A stretch of DNA of 64,000 nucleotides from Vicinamibacterales bacterium (lineage in GTDB: Bacteria > Acidobacteriota > Vicinamibacteria > Vicinamibacterales > UBA8438): NCBI GenBank assembly GCA_965116845.1, contig OZ220728.1:2630044-2694043 (forward strand), written 5' to 3'. The notes under the pieces were generated by a model that ran no database searches, was not told the origin of the DNA, and saw nothing but the letters and a program-made list of their open reading frames with translations. The translations under genes and the position numbers were made by a program. Positions 9,022 through 18,121 of this stretch are shown here, piece after piece. The stretch's first letter is position 1. Every line of letters begins with the position of its first letter.

Positions 9022-9584
9022 CGCGAGGCTCCGGGAGGCGTGAGGAACGCCCGGGCGATGCGCCGCGCGCTGTTCTTCACGGCCCGGGTGGCGCTTCCGA
9101 CGGTCAGGGTGGCGGTCGCCACGGCGTCGACGTCGCGCCCGAGGCGGAAGCGGTCGCGAATGCTCTTCTCCTCGAACTGGGCGGCGTAGCTCGGCAGGTC
9201 GATGGAGAAGTAGCCGTAGGGCTCGTGGTGGGTTCCGACGACGATTCCGGTGAGCACGCCGGCGGTGTCCATCCCGACGAGGATCTGGATGGGACCGTCG
9301 TAGCCGCGCTCGAGCGGCTCCAGATCCGTGGTCAGGAACGCGTAGCCGGCGATGCGCGGCTCCTCGGATCCGCGCTCGTGCGCGTAGACCTTGATGTGGG
9401 GCGGCGAACCCTCCTTCGGCGAGAAGCTCGCCGCGTCGGGAAAGAGCCGCGCGAGCTGGGCTCGACGCTGTGCGTCGCGCGACTGCCCGGCGGCGGCCAG
9501 GGCAGCCGCGCCGACGGCGGCGAAGCCGACTGCGACGGCGCCCGCAACGAGCATGGCCGTAAGGGTCCTGGTTTTCATCAGCAT
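9018..9584 (-). CDS. Membrane-anchored FMN-binding-domain protein (NosR N-terminal-like)
   Basis: MLMKTRTLTAMLVAGAVAV anchor, then an FMN_bind-like domain ending DAVATATLTVGSATRAV. The start is placed at ATG 9584 because the ORF-track TTG at 9644 is the -35 box of a canonical promoter. Confidence 0.7.
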   Translation of the reverse strand: MLMKTRTLTAMLVAGAVAVGFAAVGAAALAAAGQSRDAQRRAQLARLFPDAASFSPKEGSPPHIKVYAHERGSEEPRIAGYAFLTTDLEPLERGYDGPIQILVGMDTAGVLTGIVVGTHHEPYGYFSIDLPSYAAQFEEKSIRDRFRLGRDVDAVATATLTVGSATRAVKNSARRIARAFLTPPGASR

Positions 9585-9615
9585 GCAGGGCGCGGCAGTG
9601 GGCGGGCCGCTCGTG

Positions 9616-9644
9616 ATTATCGCGAGCGGCGCCCCGCGGGTCAA
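9616..9644 (-). promoter_or_regulatory. Sigma70-like promoter TTGACC-17-GATAAT
   Basis: Minus strand: TTGACC (9644-9639), 17-nt spacer, GATAAT (9621-9616). It lies about 30 nt upstream of ATG 9584. Confidence 0.55.
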
Positions 9645-9875
9645 CGCGACAGGTGCTTCGGCAGACTGCCCCGCCCGCCGGGCACCCCCCTGGAAGCCCG
9701 GCTCCGGCTCGATCCGCCGTGCGTCATCGGGAGCGGCCGTCCGTCATAATGACCACTTGGGGCTGGAGCCCTCCGGTTGGAGACCAAGGAGCCCTCCGGT
9801 CGGCTTGCAGTGGCCGTCGCAACGCGAACGACGGCGCGCCGGTACGGGGTCGCAGGAGGAGGGCAGGAGCTGACG

Positions 9876-10370
9876 ATGCCGAACAGCAGATGGATGCGGG
9901 CGCTCGGGCTCCTCGGGCTTGCCACGCTCGTGGCCGCGGCGGCCGTGCAGATGGGGGAGCGCGTGGCCACGCCCCTGGCGGCGCAGAACCGACTGGCGGG
10001 CGTTACCGCGGCCGACTGTACGTTTCCCGTGCTGGCCACCGGCACCTGGACGGACGGGGAGGCCAGCGCCGAGACGACGACATCGAACCTGTCGTTCCGC
10101 TTCGAGGGGATCGACACCGAGGACGCCACCGCCGAAGCGGTCGGCCCGTTCGGCGTCTCCAACATCATCACGCGGCTCAGCGGGCAGTATCTGCACTTCC
10201 TGCAGATGTTCCAGGCCGGCCCGCTCTACTCGACCACCATCCTCAACCAGGAGACTCGCGACGACACGTTCCTGGCCGTGCACACCCGCCACGAGTACAC
10301 CCAGATCTCGCTGCCCGGATTCACCTCGCGGCCCGAGCAGTACTACGGCGAGTGCGCGCTGACCTGGTAG
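9876..10370 (+). CDS. Hypothetical secreted protein
   Basis: ATG 9876 is preceded by GGAGGAGGG. Signal MRALGLLGLATLVAAAAV. No recognisable family. Confidence 0.6.
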   Translation: MPNSRWMRALGLLGLATLVAAAAVQMGERVATPLAAQNRLAGVTAADCTFPVLATGTWTDGEASAETTTSNLSFRFEGIDTEDATAEAVGPFGVSNIITRLSGQYLHFLQMFQAGPLYSTTILNQETRDDTFLAVHTRHEYTQISLPGFTSRPEQYYGECALTW

Positions 10371-10417
10371 CGACTCCGCGGGCGAACGTGGGGTCGGCCC
10401 CAGCGAGCGCTACCGCT

Positions 10418-11905
10418 CTAGCGCGTCTCCACGGGCACGTCGGGAGCGTCGCCGGTGCGCGACCCCGGCGTCGCAGGTTCCCGTCCGGGCGCCGGTAGAC
10501 GTACCAGTTCGCCGTTGCGGAGCGCGAAGCGGACCGCCACGTCCTCCTCGCGGGGCGGGACCAGCCGTGCGACCTGCCAGTCGACGGGCGGCGGCTCGAT
10601 CCAGACAGGCTGCCGCTTGCCCGTCCGGACGAAGACGGCGGACTCGACCAGGGTGCCGAAGGCGGCATCGAGGTTCGTTCGCTCCTGCCGGTCGTCGTCG
10701 AGGCGGATGACGCGACCCGCCGGCAGCGCCTCGACCACCGGTGCGAGCCGATCCAGCACGTGGGTCGAGAGCCGCGCCCAAGCCACCCACTCGTCGTGCC
10801 TCGCCCAGTGGACGGGCACCGCGAGCGCCAGCAGGACCGCGCCGGCCAGCACCGCCCGGCACCGGGCCGCCCGGCCGACGCGGTCCCAGACGGAGGTGAG
10901 GAGGGCCGCCGCGGCCAGGGCCGCGCCGGCCGACGGTTCGATGGGGTACAGGCTCGAGCGGACCGGCAGGAACACGGCGACCGCGTAGCCGCCGACGAAC
11001 CAGACCGCTCCCATCAGCGCCCAGCGGCGCTGCTCGGAACTGGGCCGGGGTGCCGCCCACGCGGTGACGCCCAGGACGAGCACGAAGCCCATCGAGAGCG
11101 TCGCGCCGCGGTCGAGGTAGGACAGGGCGTTTGCCGCGACCGACCCCGCGTCGAGCACGAAGCGGTAGGCGGCTGGCGCGTCGAACGGGGTCATCGCTCC
11201 GGCCGCGGTCCGCGCCGCGAGGTAGAGCGCCAGCGACACGAAGGGCGGCCAGGAGCTCCGGAGCGCGCGCCGAGCGGCGAAGCGCGGCGTTTCTTCGCTG
11301 CCGTTCGCCATCCACAGCCCGGCCCAGACCAAGAGGACGAAGGGCAGCAGCACCGCGTCCTCCTTCGAGAGCATTGCGACGAGCGCCCAACCCGCCGCCG
11401 CGCGCGGCCGGCCGAGGACGAGGGAGCGCGCCGCGAGGAGGCTGAACAGCGTGGCCAGCAGCGACGTCCGGCCGCTGATCCAGAGCAGCGACATGTCGAT
11501 GCCGTGGAAGTTGAACGCCCAGAGCCCTGCGGCGAGGAGGGCGGCGCCGCGCGGCATCCCGAGTGCGAGCGCGAGGGCCCGCAGGGCCATGGCGCCCGCG
11601 GCCAGGATGGCCAGGTTCGTGAGCCCGTAGGCCAGCGGCTCGATGCCGAAGAGCCACCAGTCGGCGGCGAAGGTGAGGCGGACCACCGGCCGGTAGAAGT
11701 CGGCCGTGCCGGTGAACAGCCCCGCCAGCTCGCCGGCGCTGGTCACCTGGTTCGACGCGATCCAGGCGAAATCGTCCTTGATGAAGCCGCGGCCGAGGCC
11801 GGGGAGGTAGGTGAGCAGGAAGACCGCCGTGATCTCCACCGCGGCCCGCCACTCGGGCCAGACGCGGTCCTCGACGGCCTTCATCGCGAGCTGGGTCCAG
11901 GACAT
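10418..11905 (-). CDS. GT-C fold (PMT_2/TMTC-like) membrane glycosyltransferase
   Basis: Polytopic. First-loop FIKDDFAWI (DD motif), then FYRPVVRLTFAADWWLFGIEPLAYGLTNL, as in the N-terminal modules of TMTC/PMT_2-type enzymes. Confidence 0.7.
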   Translation of the reverse strand: MSWTQLAMKAVEDRVWPEWRAAVEITAVFLLTYLPGLGRGFIKDDFAWIASNQVTSAGELAGLFTGTADFYRPVVRLTFAADWWLFGIEPLAYGLTNLAILAAGAMALRALALALGMPRGAALLAAGLWAFNFHGIDMSLLWISGRTSLLATLFSLLAARSLVLGRPRAAAGWALVAMLSKEDAVLLPFVLLVWAGLWMANGSEETPRFAARRALRSSWPPFVSLALYLAARTAAGAMTPFDAPAAYRFVLDAGSVAANALSYLDRGATLSMGFVLVLGVTAWAAPRPSSEQRRWALMGAVWFVGGYAVAVFLPVRSSLYPIEPSAGAALAAAALLTSVWDRVGRAARCRAVLAGAVLLALAVPVHWARHDEWVAWARLSTHVLDRLAPVVEALPAGRVIRLDDDRQERTNLDAAFGTLVESAVFVRTGKRQPVWIEPPPVDWQVARLVPPREEDVAVRFALRNGELVRLPAPGREPATPGSRTGDAPDVPVETR

Positions 11906-11936
11906 GGTCTGGGGGGACGCAAGCGTACAAGAAGAA

Positions 11937-11964
11937 CCCCGGGCCCCTGCGAGGGGACCCGGGG
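11937..11964 (-). terminator. Intrinsic terminator after DUF1552 paralog 2
   Basis: Minus-strand RNA CCCCGGGUCCCC-ucgca-GGGGCCCGGGG (11 bp, 1-nt bulge) followed by UUCUUCUUGU. It lies 23 nt past the stop at 11987. Confidence 0.6.
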
Positions 11965-11986
11965 GGAGAGTTGCCGCGCCGGAGAC

Positions 11987-13327
11987 CTACACCTCGGTGA
12001 ATCGGCCCGTGCTGTCGCCGATGCTCTCGCGGTGGACGTCCACCTTGTCGAGGATCGACAGCAGCAGGTTGGTCATCGGCGTGCCTGCGTCGGCCACCAC
12101 GTGGCGCCCGCACTGTGTCCGCCCGCCGGCGCCGCCCGCCACGAGGACCGGCAGCCGCGTGTGCGTGTGCAGGTTGCCGTTGCTGATGCAGCCGCCGTAC
12201 AGCAGCGTCGCGTGGTCGAGCAGCGTGCCGTCGCCGTCCGGCGTCGACCGCAGCTTGTCGAGGAAATAGCTGAACAGGCTGACGTGGTAGGTGTTGATCT
12301 TCGCGTGCTTCGCCACCTTGTCCGGCGCGTTCCCGTGGTGCGAGATGGCGTGGTGCGGGTCGGGAACACCGATGTGGCTGTAGGTGCGGGTCGACGCCTC
12401 GCGCGCGAGCATGAAGGTGCTGATGCGCGTGATGTCGGCCTGGAACGCGAGCGCCTGCAGGTCGTACATCAGCTTGACGTGATCGTCGTAGAGCTCCGGC
12501 ACGCCGATCGGCATGTCGGGCAGCTCGATGTGCTCGCCGGCCCGCGCCTCCACCTTGCGGACGCGCTGCTCGACGTCGCGAACGCTGTCGAGGTACTCGG
12601 TGACGCGCGCCGTGTCGGCCGCCCCGAGCCGCTTCCGCAGCCGTCCCACCTCGCCGACGATGGCGTCGAGGATGCTCCGGTCCTGGCCGAGCTGCCGCCG
12701 GCGCTCCTCGGCGCCGAGGCCCTCGCCGAACAGCCGCTCGAAGATGACGCGCGGGTCGGTCTGCATCGGCAGCGGCGTCGTCGGCGTGCGCCACGACAGC
12801 GTGTTGACGTAGCTGCAGGAGTAGCCGATGTCGCAGCCGCCGACCGCGCTGAAGTCCTCGGCCGCAACCTCGAGCGACGGGAGCTCGGTGTCGCGGCCCA
12901 ACTCGTCGGCGGCGATCTGGTCGATCGTCTTCGCGCCTCGGACGTCGGCTCCCTCCGTCCGCTTCGGGTGCACGCCGGTCAGCCAGACCGCGCTCGCCCG
13001 CGCGTGGTCGCCGGAACCCTCGCCCTCGGCTGCCTCCGACGGGCGCGAGTCGAGACCGGACACCACGACGAGCCGATCCCGGTGCTGCTCCAGCGACGCC
13101 AGGATGGGAGGCAGGTCGAAGTCCGTCCCCTCGGCCGCCGGCGTCCACTGGTCCATGATGGCGCCGTTCGGGATGTAGGAGAACGCGAGCCGGCGTACCG
13201 GGGCGGCCGCGGTGCGGGACATCGCCGAGAGCGCGGGGACCATCGCGTCCAGCAGCGGCAACGCGACCGTCGCGCCGACACCGCGCAGGAACGTCCGCCG
13301 AGGCAACGCCATCTTCGTGATGATCAT
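11987..13327 (-). CDS. DUF1552-family protein with twin-arginine signal, paralog 2
   Basis: ATG 13327 is preceded by GGAGGGAG. MIITKMALPRRTFLRGVGATVALPLLDAM. CDIGYSCSY and DPHHAISHH blocks. Confidence 0.85.
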   Translation of the reverse strand: MIITKMALPRRTFLRGVGATVALPLLDAMVPALSAMSRTAAAPVRRLAFSYIPNGAIMDQWTPAAEGTDFDLPPILASLEQHRDRLVVVSGLDSRPSEAAEGEGSGDHARASAVWLTGVHPKRTEGADVRGAKTIDQIAADELGRDTELPSLEVAAEDFSAVGGCDIGYSCSYVNTLSWRTPTTPLPMQTDPRVIFERLFGEGLGAEERRRQLGQDRSILDAIVGEVGRLRKRLGAADTARVTEYLDSVRDVEQRVRKVEARAGEHIELPDMPIGVPELYDDHVKLMYDLQALAFQADITRISTFMLAREASTRTYSHIGVPDPHHAISHHGNAPDKVAKHAKINTYHVSLFSYFLDKLRSTPDGDGTLLDHATLLYGGCISNGNLHTHTRLPVLVAGGAGGRTQCGRHVVADAGTPMTNLLLSILDKVDVHRESIGDSTGRFTEV

Positions 13328-13374
13328 CTGTGCTGTCTCCCTCCGGGTCACCGACGGGTGCGACGGGCGCGCCG

Positions 13375-15879
13375 TTACTGCCCGGCCGCCACGACTCCGG
13401 CCGGCGCATCCGCCGCCGGCCGCTTCAACTTCATCCGGAACGCGTCGCTCGACACGACGGCGTCGACGATGGCCGAGAACCGGTAGTCCTCCGCGGCCGC
13501 CGCGCGGACGATGCGGCGGACCGCCGGTGCGTCGTAGTACTCCATGCCGCGTCCGACGGCGTAGGTCAGCAGCTTCCGCGTGAACGTCTCCAGGAACGAG
13601 TCCGGCCGGCGCAGGATGGCTTCCCGGAGCTCGCTCGGGCCGTTGAATGCGGTGCCGTCGGGCAGCACGTCGGAGGCGTCAATCGGCTCGCCGCCGGGGC
13701 CGTCGCTGCGCCAGCGCCCGATGGCGTCGAAGTTCTCCAGGCCGAAGCCGTACGGATCCATCCGGGCGTGGCACGTGGCGCATGCCGGATTCGCGCGGTG
13801 CTGCTCCAGGCGCTCCCGAATCGAGAGGCCCTCGGCGCTGCCGGCGTCCTCCAGGTCCGGCACGTCCGGCGGCGGCGGCGGCGGCGGCGACCCGAGAAGG
13901 TTCTCGAGAATCCACTTTCCGCGCAGGACCGGCGACGTGCGGGTGGCGTACGACGTGACCGTCAACAGGCTGCCGTGGCCGAGGATTCCGCGCCGCGCCT
14001 CGTCCGTCACCGCCACGCGGCGGAACCGGTCGCCGTAGATGCCGGAGATGCCGTAGTGGCGCGCCAGACGCTCGTTGAGGAACGTGTAGTCGGCGGTCAG
14101 CAGATCGAGGATGCTCCGGTCCTCGGCCATGATGCTCTCGAAGAAGAGCTGGGTCTCCCGCAGCAGCGCGCGCCGCAGGTTGTCGTCGAAGTCGGGGAAC
14201 GTCGGCGGGTCCGGATTCGTGGTGGCGAGATTCCGCAGGTAGAGCCACTGCCCGGCGAAGTTCTCGACCAGCGCCGACGCGCGCGGGTCGGCCAGCATGC
14301 GCCGCACCTGCCGCTGCAGCTCATCCGGCGCGCTCAGCTCGCCCCGCTCCGCGACCGAGAGCAACTCGTCGTCCGGAATGGTGCTCCAGAGGAAGAACGA
14401 GATCCGCGAGGCGAGGTCGAGGTCCGACACCGGATAGACGGCGCCGGCTGCGAGGTCCTGCGGTTCGCTCTCCAGCCGGAAGAGGAACTGGGGGCTGGCG
14501 AGCATGAACCGCAGGGCGAGCTCGATACCCGACTCGAAACCGCCGTCACGATTCCCTTCCTCGTAGAACGCCAGGAGCCGGTCGATCTCCGGCGCCTCGA
14601 GCGGGCGGCGGTAGGCCAGCCGGCCCAGGCGGGTGAGGATGGAGCGGGCGCACGGCTCCGCGCTCCCGGGCGCCTCGGGGCGGCACGTGAAGATGCGTTG
14701 CCGGCTCGGGGTGTCGTCGGGGCGTGTCGGGTCGAACGGGCCCGCGATGAGTACGCTGTCGACGTCCGGCAGCCCCCGCCGGCTGTTCGACGAGACGTAG
14801 CTCCGCAGGAACGGCTTGCGAGTCTCTTCCGACAGCGCGGCCGGCTTGCCGACGAACGCGGCGACGATCTCGTGGGGGCCGGCCGGCAACTGCAGCCTCA
14901 CCCGCATTCCCTCGTCGGCCGTGAACGCCTTGCTGACGGTCTGCCCGGGGTTCTGCTCGTTCACCACGAGCGCCTGGTACGCGTCCTCGCTGCCGATCGG
15001 GAACAGTGCGATCCGTCGGCCGTCGAGGGTCAGCTCCAGGTTGTGCTCCTCCCCGATGCCCCGGATGGTGCCCACCGCGGTTCGCCGCAGCCGCACGCGG
15101 ATCTCGTACTCCGCGTCGACCGGGAAGTACTCGGTGATGCGGATGCCGCCGCGGGTGCCGAGCGGAAGCTCGCGCAGGTGGTAGTCCTGCGTGAGGTCCT
15201 CGGGCGTCTTGTAGGTCGTCGTCACGGTCGGGATGACGGGGCTCCCGACGGCGAGACGGCTGATCTTCCGCGCGGTCGTGACGTAGCTCTCGAGGAGCAG
15301 GGGCGAGACGCCGAGCGCGTCCGCGATGTTGTCGAAGCCGAACGTCGAGTCGTCCGCCGGGAGCGCGCTCACGTCCGCCTCGAGGGCCAGCAGGTCGCGT
15401 ATGGCGTTGCGATACTCCGCGCGGTTCATCCGGTGGAGTTGCGGCCGCCCGGGGTTCGGGGCAGCGTCGGCGGCGCGGTCGAGCGACGTCTCCAGCCAGG
15501 ACGCGAAGGCGCGGTACGCATCGTCGTCCGGCCGTGGGCGCCGTGGCGGGGGCATGGTCCGGCTCCGAAGCTTCTGGACCACCTTCTCCCAGAGCTCCGC
15601 GTCGGCCGCGACGTGTGCCTCGCTGACTTCCACGTCATCGAGCGTCAGCCCCGCCGTGCGCAGCCGGCTGTTGTGGCAGGCGACGCAGTAGCGCTGGAGC
15701 AGCGCGCCGTGCTCGGCGCCCGCGGCCGGCGCGCCCGCGGCCGATTCGGCGACCGCCACGGGTGCCGGCGCGGTAGCGACCGCCGGTCCCTGCGCCGCGG
15801 CGGTGCCGGCGAGCAGACCGGTGGCGATTCCCGCCAGCACGAAACTACCGACAAGCCCGGCGTGCCCTCTGGTCTCCAT
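13375..15879 (-). CDS. Secreted DUF1592-family protein, paralog 2, two CxxCH motifs
   Basis: ATG 15879 is preceded by GGAGG. Signal peptide, CVACH, C-terminal NPACATCHARMDPYGFGLENFDAIGRWR. The ORF-track extension to 17202 overlaps the ankyrin gene and is rejected. Confidence 0.85.
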   Translation of the reverse strand: METRGHAGLVGSFVLAGIATGLLAGTAAAQGPAVATAPAPVAVAESAAGAPAAGAEHGALLQRYCVACHNSRLRTAGLTLDDVEVSEAHVAADAELWEKVVQKLRSRTMPPPRRPRPDDDAYRAFASWLETSLDRAADAAPNPGRPQLHRMNRAEYRNAIRDLLALEADVSALPADDSTFGFDNIADALGVSPLLLESYVTTARKISRLAVGSPVIPTVTTTYKTPEDLTQDYHLRELPLGTRGGIRITEYFPVDAEYEIRVRLRRTAVGTIRGIGEEHNLELTLDGRRIALFPIGSEDAYQALVVNEQNPGQTVSKAFTADEGMRVRLQLPAGPHEIVAAFVGKPAALSEETRKPFLRSYVSSNSRRGLPDVDSVLIAGPFDPTRPDDTPSRQRIFTCRPEAPGSAEPCARSILTRLGRLAYRRPLEAPEIDRLLAFYEEGNRDGGFESGIELALRFMLASPQFLFRLESEPQDLAAGAVYPVSDLDLASRISFFLWSTIPDDELLSVAERGELSAPDELQRQVRRMLADPRASALVENFAGQWLYLRNLATTNPDPPTFPDFDDNLRRALLRETQLFFESIMAEDRSILDLLTADYTFLNERLARHYGISGIYGDRFRRVAVTDEARRGILGHGSLLTVTSYATRTSPVLRGKWILENLLGSPPPPPPPDVPDLEDAGSAEGLSIRERLEQHRANPACATCHARMDPYGFGLENFDAIGRWRSDGPGGEPIDASDVLPDGTAFNGPSELREAILRRPDSFLETFTRKLLTYAVGRGMEYYDAPAVRRIVRAAAAEDYRFSAIVDAVVSSDAFRMKLKRPAADAPAGVVAAGQ

Positions 15880-15971
15880 CAAGAGCCTCCGTTGTCCGCC
15901 GTAGTGCCGCCGTCCGTCGCTTCTGCCGTCCGCCGTGGTCCGCGCCGCCGCCCGGATCTTCGGCCGCGGCA

Positions 15972-17495
15972 TCAGCGCTGGTCGGCAGGGACCGTCCTGC
16001 CGTCCGGGGTCGCCACGGCGCCGAGGCTGCGGAGCAGCGCCGCCGCCTTGTCCCGCCGGATCACGCTGGCGATCTGGTTGAAGCCCTGCTCGGCGAGGTC
16101 CAGGGCGCTCCGGTCCAGCTCGTCCTCGAAGTCCGTGCGGGCGCCAGCCTCGACGAGGCGCCCGATGATGCGGTTGGCGGCCCGGTAGACGGCCCCGTGC
16201 AGCGCCGTCTGGCCGTTGGCGTTGCTCGCGTTGACGTCGACGCCCGCGGCCAGGGCCAGCTCGACCGCAGCGAGCGCGTCCTCCTCGGGGCGGAAGCGGC
16301 GCGAGCCCTCGATGTGGCCGATGCCCGCCGCCATCATGACCGCCGTGTTGTTCGCGTAGGTCGCCAGCCGCGGGTCGGCCCCGAGCGCGGTCAGCTCGCG
16401 CATCGCCTCGACGTCGGCGCCCTGCGCGGCGAGGACGTACGGGGTTGCGCCGCCCAGGTTGACGCCGTTGTCCATGTACGGCCGCCCGGCGCTGAAGATG
16501 CTCTCGTCGGTCCAGCGCTCGTGGCGAATCGGGGTCGGCTCGGTCCGGGCGTTCGGGTCGGCGCCGCGGGCCACGAGCATCCGCATCAGCTCCAGGCTGT
16601 CGAGCTGTGTCGGGTCGGCGCCATAGGAGTCGACGAACTGGTTCGCGAGGTTGCGCTGCGGCGCGCGGCGCTGCACCAGGTTGTGCAGGATGCTGTTGCC
16701 CCGCGGGTCGCGCGCGTCGGCGTCGGCGCCCGCGTCGAGCAGGATCGCGGCCATCGTGTAGTGGCCGTTGGTTACCGCCATGCTCAGCAGGCTGCCGCGG
16801 CTGACCGCGCGCGCGGCGTTCGGGTTGGCGGGCGGGAGCTCCGCGTTCACGTCGGCGCCCGCCGCGAGGAGGAGCCGGGCGGCGTCGCGCGCGTCCTGCC
16901 GGACCGCGAACATGAGTGCGTTGAAGCCGCCGGCCGACGGTGCATCGACGGTCGCGCCGCGCTCGAGCAGCACGTTCATGATTCGGGCGTGGTTCTCGGC
17001 TGCCGCCCACATGAGGGGGGTCTGCCCGCGCCACGTATCGGCGGCGTCGACGCTCGCCCCGTACGCGAGGAGAGCTCGGACCGCGGCGACGCGGCCGGTG
17101 CGCGCACAGCCGAGGATCGGCGGCTCGCCGTTCGGCGCCAGACCGGGGTCGGCGCCGGCTTCGAGCAACCGCTCCATCAGAGCCGGGTTGGCGTTCGTGC
17201 ACGCCAGGGTGAGCGGCGTGGCGCCGTTCCGGTTCACCGCGTTCGGGTCCGCACCGGCGCCGAGCAGCAGCGTGGCCAGATCGACGTCGTCGGCATAGGC
17301 CGCCCAGTGCAGCGCCGTAGTGCCGTCAATCCCGGGGGAGTCGACGTCGACGTCGCTGGCGAGCAGGCTCGCAACGCCCGCTCGATCGCCGGAGCGCGCC
17401 AGTTCCGGCAGGCGAGCGTCACGTTCGGCGGCCGCGAGCAGGCCTCCGGTCACGAAGAGCAGAATCAGCGACGCAAGGCATCGTCGGTGCAGCAT
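15972..17495 (-). CDS. Signal-peptide ankyrin-repeat protein, paralog 2
   Basis: MLHRRCLASLILLFVTGGLLAAA signal. Ankyrin units (GTTALHWAAY, GATPLTLAC, GQTPLMWAA). Clearly alignable by eye over its full length to the 20861..22366 product. Confidence 0.88.
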   Translation of the reverse strand: MLHRRCLASLILLFVTGGLLAAAERDARLPELARSGDRAGVASLLASDVDVDSPGIDGTTALHWAAYADDVDLATLLLGAGADPNAVNRNGATPLTLACTNANPALMERLLEAGADPGLAPNGEPPILGCARTGRVAAVRALLAYGASVDAADTWRGQTPLMWAAAENHARIMNVLLERGATVDAPSAGGFNALMFAVRQDARDAARLLLAAGADVNAELPPANPNAARAVSRGSLLSMAVTNGHYTMAAILLDAGADADARDPRGNSILHNLVQRRAPQRNLANQFVDSYGADPTQLDSLELMRMLVARGADPNARTEPTPIRHERWTDESIFSAGRPYMDNGVNLGGATPYVLAAQGADVEAMRELTALGADPRLATYANNTAVMMAAGIGHIEGSRRFRPEEDALAAVELALAAGVDVNASNANGQTALHGAVYRAANRIIGRLVEAGARTDFEDELDRSALDLAEQGFNQIASVIRRDKAAALLRSLGAVATPDGRTVPADQR

Positions 17496-17594
17496 GGTGC
17501 GTTCCCCGTAACGAGCCAGAGGCCAGCGCTCATCGGCACCGGCCTCTCTGGCCAGTGCGGGCGACCGCCGGATGGACGACGCCGAGAATGCTGA

Positions 17595-17623
17595 ATCCTA
17601 CAGGACCGCAGCCCTCCAATCAA
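17595..17623 (-). promoter_or_regulatory. Sigma70-like promoter TTGATT-17-TAGGAT
   Basis: Minus strand: TTGATT (17623-17618), 17-nt spacer, TAGGAT (17600-17595). About 100 nt upstream of ATG 17495. Confidence 0.4.
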
Positions 17624-17704
17624 ACGTGTCGGGATGGCTGATGACGTCGCCGGCCCGCTGCGATCGCTCCGCGCCCCGGTTCCCGCGCGGGTTGTCATCT
17701 CCAT

Positions 17705-17733
17705 TTGACATGCCAACAGAGTTCGGCTACTTT
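17705..17733 (+). promoter_or_regulatory. Sigma70-like promoter TTGACA-17-TACTTT, probably giving a leaderless padR mRNA
   Basis: TTGACA 17705-17710, 17-nt spacer, TACTTT 17728-17733. The ATG at 17741 is 7 nt past the -10 box. The ORF-track start at 17705 is the TTG of the -35 box. Confidence 0.55.
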
Positions 17734-17740
17734 CATTGGG

Positions 17741-18088
17741 ATGGCAAATGGAGACCCTGCGCGGACGGAGGTCCTGCGTGGCACGCTCGACCTGATGGTG
17801 CTGCAGACCCTGGTCCTGCTCGGGCCGTCGCACGGCTACGCGATCGCCGCCCGGCTCGAGCAGGCGTCGGGAGGGGCCCTCGTCCTCAACATGGGCACCC
17901 TCTATCCCGGCCTGATGCGGCTGGAGCAGCGCGGGCTCGTTCGAGCGGCATGGGGGACGACGGCGAACAACCGCCGCGCCCGGTTCTACGGCGTCACCGC
18001 CGCCGGCCGGCGTCACCTGGCGGCCGAGAAACGCAGCCTGGATCGGATGGTGTCGATCATCGACACGCTGTTCGAGCAGCCGGCGTGA
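17741..18088 (+). CDS. PadR-family transcriptional regulator
   Basis: LRGTLDLMVLQTL...SHGYAIA...GTLYPGLMRLEQRGLV...RRARFYGVTAAG is the typical PadR winged helix. Confidence 0.9.
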   Translation: MANGDPARTEVLRGTLDLMVLQTLVLLGPSHGYAIAARLEQASGGALVLNMGTLYPGLMRLEQRGLVRAAWGTTANNRRARFYGVTAAGRRHLAAEKRSLDRMVSIIDTLFEQPA

Positions 18089-18121
18089 GCGGATCTGCGT
18101 GAGCGGATCTGGAGGAAGCAC

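Noticed and set aside
7963-9584. Calling these genes nosR, the N2O-reductase accessory gene.
   Set aside because: The domain content matches NosR/NirI. However, the protein is split, no nosZ/nosDFY/nir genes are in the window, and the downstream gene is a metalloprotease. I kept only a family-level call.
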